Below the pieces are notes generated by a model that did no database searches, was not told where the DNA came from, and saw only the letters and a list, made by a program, of their open reading frames with translations. A stretch of DNA of 64,000 nucleotides from positions 1 to 64,000 of the forward strand of contig JAVRCV020000040.1 of NCBI GenBank assembly GCA_034530615.2. Direction: 5' to 3'. Below, one piece after another: positions 1-12,800 of this stretch (positions within the stretch are counted from its first letter, which is position 1; the number at the start of each line of letters is the position of its first letter). A program made the position numbers and the translations under genes. This DNA is from Aulosira sp. ZfuVER01. GTDB taxonomy: Bacteria > Cyanobacteriota > Cyanobacteriia > Cyanobacteriales > Nostocaceae.

Positions 1-148
1 GCACTTATCTAATATATCGAGCCTCCAATTGTTTGTCAACTCTTTTTTTCGGAAAAAATTGAGTTTTTTTGATTGCCAATAAAAGCCTTGTGCAGTAAGG
101 GTTTTAGGCTATAGTATTTCTGGAAGTTGAGAAAGAAGCAATAAATTT

Positions 149-1018
149 GTGAGCAAGTTTGGTATTTTGCCACCTTGGTTGGTGCTAGATCCGCTGTTAC
201 ATAGCTGGTTATTAGAGGATATTGGTCGAGGCGATCGCACAACGAACAGCCTACTAGCTAAAGATGTCACACTAGGAACGGCTAAATGGATAGCGAAAGC
301 TCCAGGAATTATTGCTGGTTTACCAGTTGCGGCTAGGGTATTTCAGCTTTTGAACGAAACAGTCAGCTTTGTACCAATTACAGATGAAGGCGCATGGTGC
401 GAACCAGGACAAATAGTGGCGGAAATACATGGGCCATTAGACGCTCTGCTGATGGGGGAACGAGTTGCGCTCAATTTAGCTATGCGTTCAAGTGGGATTG
501 CAACCCTGACTAATAAATATGTAGAGCAAATTGCGGATTTACCTGCTCAGTTGGTTGATACACGCAAAACTATACCAGGGCTGAGATTATTAGAAAAGTA
601 CGCAACCGCTGTAGGTGGAGCGATGAATCATCGTATGGGGCTAGATGATGCAGTGATGATTAAGGATAATCACATTGCGGCGGCTGGGGGAATTGGCGAA
701 GCGATTACCCGCATTCGTTCTCAGATACCTTATCCACTAACAATAGAAGTAGAGACGGAAACTTTAGAGCAGGTGAAAGAAGCGCTACAAAATAAAGCTG
801 ACATTATTATGTTGGACAATATGCCTCTAGATATGATGTCTGCTGCAGTGCAGTTGATTCGCCAAGAACGTAACCACATCAAAATTGAGGCTTCGGGTAA
901 TGTGACTTTGGACACCATTCGCACTGTAGCCCAGACGGGTGTTGACTATATTTCTAGTAGTGCGCCGATTACACAGTCGAAGTGGTTGGATCTGAGTATG
1001 AAAATCCCACTGAAATAA
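149..1018 (+). CDS. nadC: Nicotinate-nucleotide diphosphorylase (quinolinate phosphoribosyltransferase)
   Basis: Motifs EDIGRGDRTT, DTRKTIPGLR, HRMGLDDAVMIKDNH, EVE, IMLDN, EASG; GTG start. Confidence 0.96.
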   Translation: MSKFGILPPWLVLDPLLHSWLLEDIGRGDRTTNSLLAKDVTLGTAKWIAKAPGIIAGLPVAARVFQLLNETVSFVPITDEGAWCEPGQIVAEIHGPLDALLMGERVALNLAMRSSGIATLTNKYVEQIADLPAQLVDTRKTIPGLRLLEKYATAVGGAMNHRMGLDDAVMIKDNHIAAAGGIGEAITRIRSQIPYPLTIEVETETLEQVKEALQNKADIIMLDNMPLDMMSAAVQLIRQERNHIKIEASGNVTLDTIRTVAQTGVDYISSSAPITQSKWLDLSMKIPLK

Positions 1019-1578
1019 GCAGGCTGATGATTTTACAGGAAAGTTAGTCTTCTATTGCAGCTTGCGACAATACATCTTGGGTATCTATATCTAATATATC
1101 AGAATATATCCGACGAAATTGTTGTGTATATTTCTCTAGTTACAATTACATAGTGCAGTAACAGTAATTGTTCGAGCTAAATGAAGCTATTTTGGTTTGG
1201 TGTGGCTACCATTTGCATAGTTGAAAATTCCCATTCCGTAAATGAATATCAGTAATGGGAAATAGAAAAAATCAAAAATAGAGACTACGGTAGATAATTT
1301 TATGCTTTTTGTTACGAAATTATTGTCAATATCAAAATGATATGTATGATGATTTTGTGATTTTAAATTATGCCAATAAATATCAATATTTAATACTTGA
1401 TACCTTGAAAAAAAAGATTTTTAGTGTATTTTTTGAGTTAAAAAATATGCTGAAAAAGAGCAACAATTGCTACAAGTCGATTTTTACAAAAACTAACCTT
1501 CATTACAACTTAAATAAAAAATTATAGGGACAATGAGTGCAGACAAAAATACTGTTGTTTTGCGCTCGGAGACGAAGA

Positions 1579-3297
1579 ATGGTAGCGATCGCAGAGAACG
1601 TTCAGCATCGGCTAACTATACAAACTGTAGAAATTGCCCCTAACACAACGGCGATTCGCTCTCTTGATTGGGACCGCGATCGCTTCGATATCGAATTCGG
1701 ACTGCAAAATGGAACGACTTACAATTCCTATTTAATTAGGGGTGAGCAAACAGTTTTGATTGATACTTCTCACCAGAAGTTTCGTGAACTGTATTTAGAG
1801 ACGCTCAAGAGTATTGTAAACCCCAAGACTATTGATTACATTATTGTCAGCCACACAGAGCCAGACCATAGCGGCTTGGTTGAGGATGTTCTTCAGTTAG
1901 CGCCTAGAGCTACTGTTTTAGCTTCTAAAATTGCATTGCAGTTTTTAGAAGGCTTGGTTCACGATCCATTTTCTAAGCGGATTGTCAAAAGTGGCGATCG
2001 CATAGATATTGGCAAAGGACACGAAATCGAATTCGTGAGTGCGCCGAATCTACACTGGCCTGATACTATCTTCAGCTATGATCGGAAAACTGAAATCATC
2101 TACACCTGTGATGCTTTTGGGATGCATTTCTGTGACGATCGCACTTTTGATGAAGACTTAGAAGCGATCGAAGCTGACTTTAGATTTTATTATGATTGCT
2201 TGATGGGGCCTAATGCCCGTTCGTTGCTGAATGCAATGAAGCGGATGAATGAACTAGGGAAAATTAACATTATTGCTAACGGTCACGGCCCTCTGCTGTA
2301 CCACAACCTAGACGTTCTGACTGAGTGCTACCAAAGTTGGAGCCAAAGACAAGCGAAGGCTGAAACCACCGTCGGCTTGTTTTATGTCTCAGAATACGGC
2401 TTTGGCGATCAGCTGATTCAGGCTATTGGTGAAGGAATTCAGAAAACTGGAGTTGGGATCGAAATGATCGATCTCAGTTCTGCCGAAGCCCAAGAAATTC
2501 AAGAACTTGCAGGTCGAGCAGCCGGTATCATTATTGGTATGCCACCAACTACAAACGTTGCTGCTCAAGCTGGTATTAGTTCGCTGTTAGCTGTGGCTAA
2601 TAACAAGCAACTGGTGGGATTATTTGAGTGTTACGGTGGGGATGATGAACCCATTGATACACTGCGGCGAAAGTTTATCGACTTGGGTGTAAAAGAAGCT
2701 TTCCCAGCGATTCGGATTAAAGAAGCTCCTAGCGCGTCTACATACCAGCTATGTGCAGAAGCGGGTACGGATTTGGGACAAGTACTGATGCGCGATCGCA
2801 ACATCAAGCAGATTAAGTCCCTCGACGTGAATATGGAAAAAGCGTTGGGTCGGATTAGTAGCGGACTATATATTGTCACCACCAAAAAAGGTGATGTAAG
2901 CAGTGCAATGCTTGCATCCTGGGTAAGCCAAGCAAGTTTACAACCCTTGGGATTAACAATAGCTGTAGCTAAAGACCGCGCGATTGATTCCTTGATGCAA
3001 ATAGGCGATCGCTTTGTTCTTAATGTCTTAGAAGAAGGTAATTACCAAGAACTCAAGAAGCAGTTTCTCAAGCGTTTACCTCCTGGTGGCGATCGCTTTG
3101 CTGGTGTGAAAACTCAAACAGCGAAGAACGGTTCCCCCATTCTGACAGATGCGCTGGCGTACATGGAATGTGAAGTGCAAAGCAGCATTGAATGCAGCGA
3201 CCACTGGATTTTATACTGCACTGTTCAAGAAGGTCGTGTATCGAAATCAGAGGGACTGACAGCGGTTCGCCATCGCAAGGTAGGTAATTACTACTAA
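1579..3297 (+). CDS. flv3B: Flavodiiron protein, Flv3 clade (resembles heterocyst-type Flv3B)
   Basis: DWDRDRFDIEFGLQNGTTYNSY, canonical HTEPDH and HWPD iron motifs, flavodoxin and C-terminal flavin reductase domains; ATG at 1579 after GGAGA. The B paralog assignment is from recalled similarity and tandem arrangement. Confidence 0.85.
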   Translation: MVAIAENVQHRLTIQTVEIAPNTTAIRSLDWDRDRFDIEFGLQNGTTYNSYLIRGEQTVLIDTSHQKFRELYLETLKSIVNPKTIDYIIVSHTEPDHSGLVEDVLQLAPRATVLASKIALQFLEGLVHDPFSKRIVKSGDRIDIGKGHEIEFVSAPNLHWPDTIFSYDRKTEIIYTCDAFGMHFCDDRTFDEDLEAIEADFRFYYDCLMGPNARSLLNAMKRMNELGKINIIANGHGPLLYHNLDVLTECYQSWSQRQAKAETTVGLFYVSEYGFGDQLIQAIGEGIQKTGVGIEMIDLSSAEAQEIQELAGRAAGIIIGMPPTTNVAAQAGISSLLAVANNKQLVGLFECYGGDDEPIDTLRRKFIDLGVKEAFPAIRIKEAPSASTYQLCAEAGTDLGQVLMRDRNIKQIKSLDVNMEKALGRISSGLYIVTTKKGDVSSAMLASWVSQASLQPLGLTIAVAKDRAIDSLMQIGDRFVLNVLEEGNYQELKKQFLKRLPPGGDRFAGVKTQTAKNGSPILTDALAYMECEVQSSIECSDHWILYCTVQEGRVSKSEGLTAVRHRKVGNYY

Positions 3298-3494
3298 AGC
3301 TGAGTAGAGATAGACAGGATGAGGGGGACGAGGAAGAATAACTCCCTCATCTCCCCTTACTCTTTACCCCGTAGCAGGATTTCATCAATTAAATGAGATT
3401 CCCTAATCCCCTCACCCGCGTCTTTGAATTCGCTAAAAACTGGGTAAATCTTACCCGGTTTTTCCAAGTTTTTCGTAAATCTTACCCGAAATCT

Positions 3495-5207
3495 ATGAGC
3501 AATTCCAAACCCCGTGACGTACAAGTTTTGCCCATTGCGACAAATACTAAAGTTCTCAGAGCGCGTAGTTGGTCACGTCTGCGGTTTGAAATTGAATATG
3601 CACTTGAAAGAGGAACAACCTCCAATTGCTATTTAATTGAAGGCGATAAAACTGCAATTATTGACCCACCGGCGGAAACTTTCACAGAAATTTATCTCGA
3701 AGCATTACAGCAGACCCTCAATTTGAAACAGTTGGATTATGTAATTCTGGGTCATTTTAATCCTAATCGCGTCGCAACTTATAAAGCCCTACTAGAATTA
3801 GCACCGCAGATTACTTTTGTTTGTTCGCTTCCTGGTGCTGCGAATTTGCGGAATGCTTTCCCTGATGACACTTTGAATATTTTGGTAATGCGGGGAAAAG
3901 AGAATCTGGATTTAGGTAAGGGTCATGTTTTAAAATTCTTACCCACTCCTAGTCCTCGTTGGCCAGAAGCGCTTTGTACTTACGACCAACAAACCCAAAT
4001 TCTCTACACAGATAAGTTATTTGGCTCTCATATCTGTGGTGATGAGGCGTTTGATGATAACTGGGAAAGCTTCAAAGAAGACCAACGCTACTACTACAAC
4101 TGTTTGATGGCTCCCAATGCATTGCACGTAGAAGCAGCTTTGGAGAAAATCTCTGATTTGCAGGTGAGAATGTATGGTGTTGGTCACGGGCCTTTGGTAC
4201 GTACCAGCTTAATCGAACTGACCAAATCCTATGCTGAATGGAGCCACGCACAAAGAACCAGAGAAATATCTGTGGCGTTGCTGTATGCTTCAGCTTATGG
4301 AAATACGGCAACTTTAGCACAGGCGATCGCTCTGGGATTAACCAAAGGCGGAGTAGCGGTAAAATCGATTAACTGCGAATTTGCTGACCCTGATGAAATT
4401 CGTACCACCTTGCAAGAGTGCGATGCATTTATAATTGGTTCTCCGACTATCGGTGGTCATGCACCTACCCCCATTCATACTGCTTTAGGGATTGTCCTCA
4501 GCGTTGGCGACAACAATAAACTTGCGGGAGTATTTGGTTCCTATGGCTGGAGTGGTGAAGCCTTTGATTTAATTGAAGGTAAACTCCGGGATGCAGGCTA
4601 TAAATTTGGCTTTGAAACCCTCAAGGTTAAGTTTAAACCTGATGATGTTACTCTCAAATACTGTGAAGAAGTCGGCACAGACTTTGCCCAAACAATCAGA
4701 AAAGCGAAAAAAGTGCGCGTACCACAACAAGCTGCTACACCTTTAGAACAAGCTGTAGGTCGAATTGTTGGTTCTGTTTGCGTGATTGCAGCTAAACAAG
4801 GAGATGTTTGCACGGGAATGTTAGGTGCTTGGGTATCTCAAGCCACATTTAACCCACCGGGAATTACTGTAGCGATCGCCAAAGAAAGAGCCATTGAATC
4901 TTTGATGTATCCAGGTGGTAAATTTACCTTAAATGTTTTAGAAGAAGGCAATCATGTAGACTACATGAAGCATTTCCGCAAATCCTTTGCCCCAGGCGAA
5001 GATAGATTTGCCAGCTTTAGCACCGCAATCGCTGATAACGGCTGTGTTGTTCTGACTGATGCGATCGCCTATCTTGAATGCTCAGTTAGTCAACGCCTAG
5101 AATGTGGCGATCATTGGGTAGTTTACGCAACTGTTGATAACGGTAAATTACTCAAACCTGATGCGGTAACTGCTATCAACCATCGGAAAACAGGGACGCA
5201 TTACTAG
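3495..5207 (+). CDS. flv1B: Flavodiiron protein, Flv1 clade (resembles Flv1B)
   Basis: RLRFEIEYALERGTT, non-canonical HFNPNR and RWPE sites, YASAYGNT flavodoxin loop, flavin reductase tail HRKTGTHY; likely start MSNSKPRD. Confidence 0.85.
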   Translation: MSNSKPRDVQVLPIATNTKVLRARSWSRLRFEIEYALERGTTSNCYLIEGDKTAIIDPPAETFTEIYLEALQQTLNLKQLDYVILGHFNPNRVATYKALLELAPQITFVCSLPGAANLRNAFPDDTLNILVMRGKENLDLGKGHVLKFLPTPSPRWPEALCTYDQQTQILYTDKLFGSHICGDEAFDDNWESFKEDQRYYYNCLMAPNALHVEAALEKISDLQVRMYGVGHGPLVRTSLIELTKSYAEWSHAQRTREISVALLYASAYGNTATLAQAIALGLTKGGVAVKSINCEFADPDEIRTTLQECDAFIIGSPTIGGHAPTPIHTALGIVLSVGDNNKLAGVFGSYGWSGEAFDLIEGKLRDAGYKFGFETLKVKFKPDDVTLKYCEEVGTDFAQTIRKAKKVRVPQQAATPLEQAVGRIVGSVCVIAAKQGDVCTGMLGAWVSQATFNPPGITVAIAKERAIESLMYPGGKFTLNVLEEGNHVDYMKHFRKSFAPGEDRFASFSTAIADNGCVVLTDAIAYLECSVSQRLECGDHWVVYATVDNGKLLKPDAVTAINHRKTGTHY

Positions 5208-5244
5208 ACTTATTACATAAGTCGATGTTTCGGATATAAAACGC

Positions 5245-5286
5245 AGATAAACACAGATAAATATTAGTGTTTATCTGTGTTTATCT
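5245..5286. terminator. Repeat-derived hairpin after the flv pair
   Basis: AGATAAACACAGATAAA ... TTTATCTGTGTTTATCT inverted repeat. Confidence 0.5.
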
Positions 5287-5704
5287 ATTTATTTTGATAG
5301 TAAATACAGTAGTTATCAATCATTACCAAAAAATCAAATACCATTTTTCAATCAACCTCTGTCAAAAGAGATAAGTTGAAATTAATTACATTAGTCTTGT
5401 GAGGAACTCCTAAAAAGATTATTAATGCTTGAATCATAAATTCCATAAATCTTCGCTTTAATCTTAAAAAGAATCTTAAAAATTAACTAGTCTAATATTG
5501 CGTCTGGTAGCCTTTCAAAAAGGTCATCATCTGTATTTTTTCAGATTTACTTTAGATTTGAGTAAATAACCAAGATAAATTGAATGGCTAAGACTATAAA
5601 AATTTCCAGTATTCACCTGGAAATTTTTGTCGTGGGTAAGATGACGCTCATGCCATAGACAACTAAACTTACATACTGAATGATTTTTGTAATGGAGTTT
5701 TGAT

Positions 5705-8086
5705 ATGACTTTAGCAACTCCGACCCAATCAAAGCCTTTATCAGATGAAGAATTGCAGAAAATAAACGCTTACTGGCGTGCAGCTAACTATCTTTCTGTA
5801 GGGCAAATATATCTCCTCGACAATCCGCTGCTAAGAGAACCGCTGAAGCTAGAACACGTCAAACCCAGACTTTTGGGACACTGGGGAACAACACCGGGAT
5901 TGAACTTAATCTACGTTCATCTCAATCGTGCGATCGCTAAATATGACCTCAACACGATCTACATTGCTGGCCCTGGTCATGGCGGCCCTGGACTAGTTGC
6001 TAATACTTACTTAGAAGGGACTTACAGCCAATACTATCCCAACATCTCCCAGGATGCAGAGGGGATGAAGCAACTCTTCAAACAATTTTCCTTCCCTGGT
6101 GGGATTCCTAGCCACGTTGCACCAGAAACCCCCGGTTCGATTCATGAAGGTGGGGAACTTGGCTATGCTTTATCCCACGCCTACGGTGCTGCTTTTGATA
6201 ATCCTGACTTGCTAGTTGCTTGTGTAATTGGCGACGGCGAAGCCGAAACTGGGCCCCTAGCTGGGAGTTGGCATTCTAATAAGTTTCTCAACCCTGTAAA
6301 TGATGGCGCAGTCTTACCGATTCTCCACCTTAATGGGTATAAAATTGCCAACCCTACAGTATTATCACGGTTAAGCCACGAAGAACTGGAGAGTTTATTT
6401 GTTGGCTATGGTTATAAACCTTACTTTGTGGAAGGCTGGGAACCCGCAGATGTCCATCAGCAGATGGCAGCAACTTTAGATACAGTAGTTACAGAAATTC
6501 AAAGCATTCAAAGGGAAGCCAGGGTACATGGTTTCACCCAACGCCCACAGTGGCCGATGATTATTTTAAGAACTCCCAAAGGATGGACTGGGCCCAAAGA
6601 AGTTGATGGGAAAAAGACTGAAAACTTTTGGCGATCGCACCAAGTTCCTTTTGGGGAAATAGCCAAAAAGCCAGACCACTTACACCTACTAGAAGATTGG
6701 TTAAAAAGTTACAAGCCGGAAGAACTCTTCGACGCCAACGGAATGCTAATTCCCGAACTAGCAGAACTAGCACCTAAGGGACATAGGCGCATGGGTGACA
6801 ATCCCCACGCTAACGGCGGTATCTTGCTGCGCGACTTGAAATTACCTAAATTCGAGGACTACGCTGTTGATGTTCCGCAACCAGGTAAGGTAATTGCTGA
6901 AGCTACCAAAGTTACCGGAAAATTCCTGCGAGATGTCCTCAAGCTGAACCAGGAAAGTCGCAACTTCCGCATTGTCGGCCCGGATGAAACCCAATCAAAT
7001 CGCCTGGATGCTGTATTTGAAGTTACAGAACGCACTTGGACTGGCCAAATCCTACCAGAAGACGAAAAACTTTCACCCCATGGTCGGGTAATGGAAATCC
7101 TCAGCGAACATACTTGCCAAGGTTGGTTAGAAGGATACCTACTTACAGGTCGTCATGGATTTTTCTCCTGCTATGAAGCATTTATCCACATAGTAGACTC
7201 CATGTTCAACCAGCACGCCAAGTGGCTCAAAACCACCCGTCACATTCCTTGGCGCAGACCAATTGCTTCCCTCAACTACCTGCTTACTTCTCATGTTTGG
7301 CGACAAGACCATAACGGTTTTTCTCACCAAGACCCTGGTTTTATCGACCATGTAATGAACAAAAAAGCAGAGATTATTCGCGTCTATCTTCCGCCAGATG
7401 CCAATACACTGTTATCGGTGACAGACCATTGTCTAAAAAGTCGCAACTATGTCAACGTCATCGTCGCAGGTAAGCAACCAGCACTGCAATACTTAAATAT
7501 GGATGCAGCTATCAAGCACTGCACTAAAGGCATTGGCATTTGGGAATGGGCTAGCAACGATCGAGACAGCGAACCAGATGTAGTCATGGCTTGTGCTGGC
7601 GATATTCCCACCTTAGAAACCTTGGCGGCGGTGGATATTTTGCGCCAGCACTTCCCAGATTTAAAAGTGCGGGTGGTTAACGTAGTCGATTTGATGACGC
7701 TACAGCCAAAAAGCGAGCATCCCCACGGTTTAAGCAGCAAAGACTTTGACATAATTTTTACCACCGACAAACCAATTATCTTTGCGTTTCATGGCTATCC
7801 TTGGCTAATCCATCGCCTCACTTATCGCCATACAAACCACCACAACCTTCATGTACGCGGTTACAAAGAGGAAGGAACTACCACTACTCCCTTTGATATG
7901 GTTGTCCTCAACGATCTCGATCGCTTCCACCTGGTAATGGACGTAATCGATCGCGTGCCAAAACTCGGCTCTAAAGCAGCTTACGTCAAGCAAATGTTGC
8001 AAGATAAGCTAATCGAACACAAACACTATATTGAGCAGCACGGCGAAGATATGCCAGAAATTCGCGACTGGGAGTGGCCGTACTAG
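5705..8086 (+). CDS. xfp: Phosphoketolase (xylulose-5-P/fructose-6-P)
   Basis: [40 protein letters not shown] motif, [12 protein letters not shown]. Confidence 0.97.
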   Translation: MTLATPTQSKPLSDEELQKINAYWRAANYLSVGQIYLLDNPLLREPLKLEHVKPRLLGHWGTTPGLNLIYVHLNRAIAKYDLNTIYIAGPGHGGPGLVANTYLEGTYSQYYPNISQDAEGMKQLFKQFSFPGGIPSHVAPETPGSIHEGGELGYALSHAYGAAFDNPDLLVACVIGDGEAETGPLAGSWHSNKFLNPVNDGAVLPILHLNGYKIANPTVLSRLSHEELESLFVGYGYKPYFVEGWEPADVHQQMAATLDTVVTEIQSIQREARVHGFTQRPQWPMIILRTPKGWTGPKEVDGKKTENFWRSHQVPFGEIAKKPDHLHLLEDWLKSYKPEELFDANGMLIPELAELAPKGHRRMGDNPHANGGILLRDLKLPKFEDYAVDVPQPGKVIAEATKVTGKFLRDVLKLNQESRNFRIVGPDETQSNRLDAVFEVTERTWTGQILPEDEKLSPHGRVMEILSEHTCQGWLEGYLLTGRHGFFSCYEAFIHIVDSMFNQHAKWLKTTRHIPWRRPIASLNYLLTSHVWRQDHNGFSHQDPGFIDHVMNKKAEIIRVYLPPDANTLLSVTDHCLKSRNYVNVIVAGKQPALQYLNMDAAIKHCTKGIGIWEWASNDRDSEPDVVMACAGDIPTLETLAAVDILRQHFPDLKVRVVNVVDLMTLQPKSEHPHGLSSKDFDIIFTTDKPIIFAFHGYPWLIHRLTYRHTNHHNLHVRGYKEEGTTTTPFDMVVLNDLDRFHLVMDVIDRVPKLGSKAAYVKQMLQDKLIEHKHYIEQHGEDMPEIRDWEWPY

Positions 8087-8136
8087 GGACTTCCAACTAA
8101 AAAAATATCCTATCGCTGTGTAGGCAGGGGGGCAGG

Positions 8137-8196
8137 TGAGTCCACTTGCCGTCTTGGCGGTTTCCGTCACGATGGCAAAGTGGCGAACCCGAAGGG
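8137..8196 (+). mobile_element. Small dispersed hairpin element (TGAGT...CCCGAAGGG family)
   Basis: Hairpin CCACTT-GCCGTC...GATGGC-AAGTGG with a CCCGAAGGG tail; same layout as 19977-20080 and 26058-26104. Confidence 0.6.
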
Positions 8197-8222
8197 GAGC
8201 GGGGGGAAGAAGAAATAACTAA

Positions 8223-9452
<1,230 letters not shown>

Positions 9453-9702
9453 TTAAAAATTGGGCATGGGGCATTGGGCATTTCTTCCCCTGCTCCGTTG
9501 TCCCCCTTGTCTTCCTTGTCCTCCCTGTCCCCAAGTCCCTTGGTCAAACGGCGCATACTTAGATAGCAAAACTGGATAAAAGAGTGATTTTACTGGGCAG
9601 CAAAGTGATATGAAGCACTTGTAAATTTGAGCGCGTTGTACCATTTTTCTAAAATTCGGCAACAGATTAAAATCGACAACCCTAGATTCTGTGTGATTTG
9701 TG

Positions 9703-9728
9703 TAATTACGAATTACGAATTACGAATT
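9703..9728. repeat. Heptamer tandem repeat (AATTACG)n
   Basis: aattacg aattacg aattacg aattg. Confidence 0.8.
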
Positions 9729-9797
9729 GGTATTAGGCGTTCATGTCGCAAGTTATGGAGAACACACCACCAGGCTATTTCTAAACACTCAATCCCT

Positions 9798-11228
9798 ATG
9801 CGTCGAACCAAAATTATCTGTACTGTTGGACCTGCTACCTCTGCTCCTGAAAGGCTGGAAGCGTTGGTAGAAGCTGGGATGAATGTGGCACGGCTGAATT
9901 TTTCTCACGGAGCCTATGAATTCCACGGGCAAACTGCTCGCTATCTCAAGCAGATTAGTAGTCAGCAGCGAAAGCCGATCGCAATTATGCAAGATCTGTG
10001 TGGCCCGAAGATTCGCTTGGGGACTTTACCACCAGAAGGGCTAATGGTTGAAGCTGGTAGCGAAGTTACTTTTGTTTTGCAGGATAAGGGTGAGAGTATT
10101 GACGAACTACCTTTGCCATTGCCGACTTTGTTTGCAATGGTACGACCAGGTGAACCAATTTCGATTAATGATGGTCGCGTGAAGTTAGTTGTGAGCGATC
10201 GCGATGCCGATCGCATTCGTGCCCATGTCAAAATTGGTGGGTTAATTTCCACTCACAAGGGGGTTAACCTGCCAGAAACTCGTTTACCAGTCAGTTCCAT
10301 CACCGAAAAAGATTTGCTGGATTTGCGGTTTGGTATTCAGTTGGGTGTGGATTGGGTGGCAGTATCCTTTGTGCAATCACCCCAAGACTTAGAACCCGCC
10401 CAACGGATGATTGAAGCTGCGGGAGCCAAAATTCGAGTAATCGCCAAAATCGAACGCCCAGAAGCAATTAAGCAATTTGACAGCATTCTTGCAGCTGCTG
10501 ACGGGATTATGATTGCCCGTGGCGATTTGGGGGTAGAAATGCCAATTCACGAAGTCCCCCAGATTCAAAAAGATATTATTCGCCGTTGCAATCGGGCAGG
10601 CAAACCGGTGATTACTGCCACGCAAATGCTGGAATCGATGATTAGCGCCCCCGACCCTACGAGAGCGGAAGCAACAGATGTTGCCAACTCCATTTGGGAT
10701 GGTACGGATGCTGTCATGCTTTCTGGCGAAACTGCTGTAGGTCAATATCCCGTCGCCGCCGTCCAGATCATGCACAATATTGCCGTGCGGACAGAACAGT
10801 CTTTGCAGGAAGGTAGTAGCCATTCTTGGTGTCATGAGGCAGGTAGTTTAAGCGTCACGGAATCTGTGGCAGAAGCGGTATGTCGAATTGCCTACGAAAC
10901 AGGCGCACGAGCAATTCTTTGTAACACTTCTTCGGGAAGTACAGCGCAAATGGTTTCTAAATACCGTCCATCAACGCCAATTATCGCCCTGACTCCTGAT
11001 GAAACCGTTTACCGCCAGCTAGCACTTTCTTGGGGTGTAGTACCTTTGCTAATTCCCCCAGTTCACAATGCGGAAGAGATGTTTATGAATGTGGTTAACA
11101 CAGTTGTAGACATGGGTCTAGCAAAGGACGGCGATAAAGTAGTGATTACCTCCGGCGTCCCAATTGGTAAATCAGGAACAACTAGTTTAATTAAAGTGCA
11201 TTCTATTGGACAGCCGATTTTGGCATAA
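9798..11228 (+). CDS. pyk: Pyruvate kinase
   Basis: RRTKIICTVGP, ARLNFSHG, IAKIE, ARGDLGVE, ATQMLESM, PTRAE, MLSGETA. Confidence 0.97.
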   Translation: MRRTKIICTVGPATSAPERLEALVEAGMNVARLNFSHGAYEFHGQTARYLKQISSQQRKPIAIMQDLCGPKIRLGTLPPEGLMVEAGSEVTFVLQDKGESIDELPLPLPTLFAMVRPGEPISINDGRVKLVVSDRDADRIRAHVKIGGLISTHKGVNLPETRLPVSSITEKDLLDLRFGIQLGVDWVAVSFVQSPQDLEPAQRMIEAAGAKIRVIAKIERPEAIKQFDSILAAADGIMIARGDLGVEMPIHEVPQIQKDIIRRCNRAGKPVITATQMLESMISAPDPTRAEATDVANSIWDGTDAVMLSGETAVGQYPVAAVQIMHNIAVRTEQSLQEGSSHSWCHEAGSLSVTESVAEAVCRIAYETGARAILCNTSSGSTAQMVSKYRPSTPIIALTPDETVYRQLALSWGVVPLLIPPVHNAEEMFMNVVNTVVDMGLAKDGDKVVITSGVPIGKSGTTSLIKVHSIGQPILA

Positions 11229-11495
11229 GGCACCTAGAATAGGGCCGAGGCTCAAGACACTAAGCATACTTGGGCAAAAATTAAGAAAAGTTGCCAGAAT
11301 CAGAATTGTAGGGGTAAGAGAGAGTTTAAAGAAGGCAAGAGGCAGAAAGCAGGAGGCAGAAGGAAATTGATAAAGAAAGCAGGAGATAGCCCCAATGAAA
11401 AAATTTCACCCTTTTGAGGTGACGGAAAAAGCTATCTTCCCTTCTACCCTCTGCCTTTCTTCAGTAAATCCTAAACAAATACCACGGAGCAATTT

Positions 11496-12503
11496 ATGTC
11501 TAAAAATTTACTTGAACAACTGCGGTCAATGACTGTTGTAGTCGCGGATACAGGTGATATCCAAGCGATTGAAAAATTCAAGCCCCAAGACGCTACAACT
11601 AATCCCTCGTTGATTACTGCGGCGGCGCAGATGCCTGAATATCAGGAAATTGTCGATCAAACTTTACTGCAAGCTAAGAAAGATGCAGGCGCAGGTGCAA
11701 GCCAAGCTGAGATTGTGACTCTAGCTTTTGACCGTTTGGCGGTAGCTTTCGGGCTGAAGATTTTACAAATTATCCCTGGTCGCGTTTCTACAGAAGTAGA
11801 TGCCCGTTTGTCTTACGATACTGATGCCACTGTTGCTAAAGCTAGAGAATTAATTGCGCAATACAAAGCGGCGGGAGTTGAGCGCGATCGCGTTTTGATT
11901 AAAATTGCCACCACCTGGGAAGGTATCCGGGCTGCGGAAATCCTAGAGAAAGAAGGTATTCATTGTAACTTGACTTTGTTGTTTGGATTACACCAAGCGA
12001 TCGCCTGTGCGGAAGCGGGCGTTACCTTGATTTCTCCCTTCGTTGGTCGGATTCTCGACTGGTACAAGAAAGATACCGGACGGGACAGCTACCCCTCAGC
12101 GGAAGATCCAGGGGTACTGTCTGTTACCACGATTTACAACTATTACAAGAAATTCGGCTACAAAACCGAAGTTATGGGAGCCAGCTTCCGCAACATTGGG
12201 GAAATTACTGAATTAGCTGGTAGCGATTTGCTAACCATTTCTCCTTCATTATTGGCTGAATTGCAAGCAACCATTGGTGAACTACCACGCAAACTCGACC
12301 CCGCCAAAGCAGCTAGCTTGGAAATCGAAAAAATCTCCATCGACAAAGCTACCTTTGACAAGATGCACGCCGCTGACCGCATGGCATCTGACAAACTAGC
12401 AGAAGGTATTCAAGGTTTCACCAAAGCGCTGGAAGACCTAGAAAAACTGCTAGCAAACAGATTGGCTACTTTAGAAAATAAAGCTGCAACTTCCGTAGCC
12501 TAG
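11496..12503 (+). CDS. tal: Transaldolase
   Basis: [46 protein letters not shown]. Confidence 0.97.
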   Translation: MSKNLLEQLRSMTVVVADTGDIQAIEKFKPQDATTNPSLITAAAQMPEYQEIVDQTLLQAKKDAGAGASQAEIVTLAFDRLAVAFGLKILQIIPGRVSTEVDARLSYDTDATVAKARELIAQYKAAGVERDRVLIKIATTWEGIRAAEILEKEGIHCNLTLLFGLHQAIACAEAGVTLISPFVGRILDWYKKDTGRDSYPSAEDPGVLSVTTIYNYYKKFGYKTEVMGASFRNIGEITELAGSDLLTISPSLLAELQATIGELPRKLDPAKAASLEIEKISIDKATFDKMHAADRMASDKLAEGIQGFTKALEDLEKLLANRLATLENKAATSVA

Positions 12504-12555
12504 AGCTTCTTCCGACATAGTCAGCACAAAGCGTGCTGATATATTTCACTTCAAC

Positions 12556-12583
12556 ACCCGATTGCTAAATAATCGGGTTTTTT
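12556..12583 (+). terminator. Intrinsic terminator after tal
   Basis: ACCCGATT-loop-AATCGGGT followed by a T run. Confidence 0.8.
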
Positions 12584-12606
12584 ATATCTTTTTTTGTCTA
12601 GCTGTA

Positions 12607-12721
12607 ATACCAATTTGAAAAATGATTGCGACAGATGGATCGTCCAAAAGCTTGGCCAATCAATCTTTTACAATCCAAAATCTAAAATCCAAAATCCAAA
12701 ATCCAAAATCCAAAATGGTAT
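12607..12721. mobile_element. MITE-like element with internal (ATCCAAA)n repeats
   Basis: Terminal inverted repeats ATACCAATTT / AAAATGGTAT (9 of 10 match) enclosing about 6 heptamer copies. Confidence 0.55.
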
Positions 12722-12800
12722 AAGTTGGGCTTAATGCGATCGCCCTGCTAGTTTTATCAAATTCCTATAAGCTTTTGCCTATTTAATAGGCTGTAATTTT

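Noticed and set aside
149..1018. Functional link between nadC and IDO via kynurenine-route NAD synthesis
   Set aside because: More than 53 kb apart, with no kynurenine pathway genes in the window
1309..1527. 72-aa ORF upstream of flv3B
   Set aside because: Very AT-rich promoter-like region, no RBS or recognisable motif
1020..1578. NtcA box or DIF1 (TCCGGA) motif for flv3B
   Set aside because: No exact GTA-N8-TAC or TCCGGA found by eye
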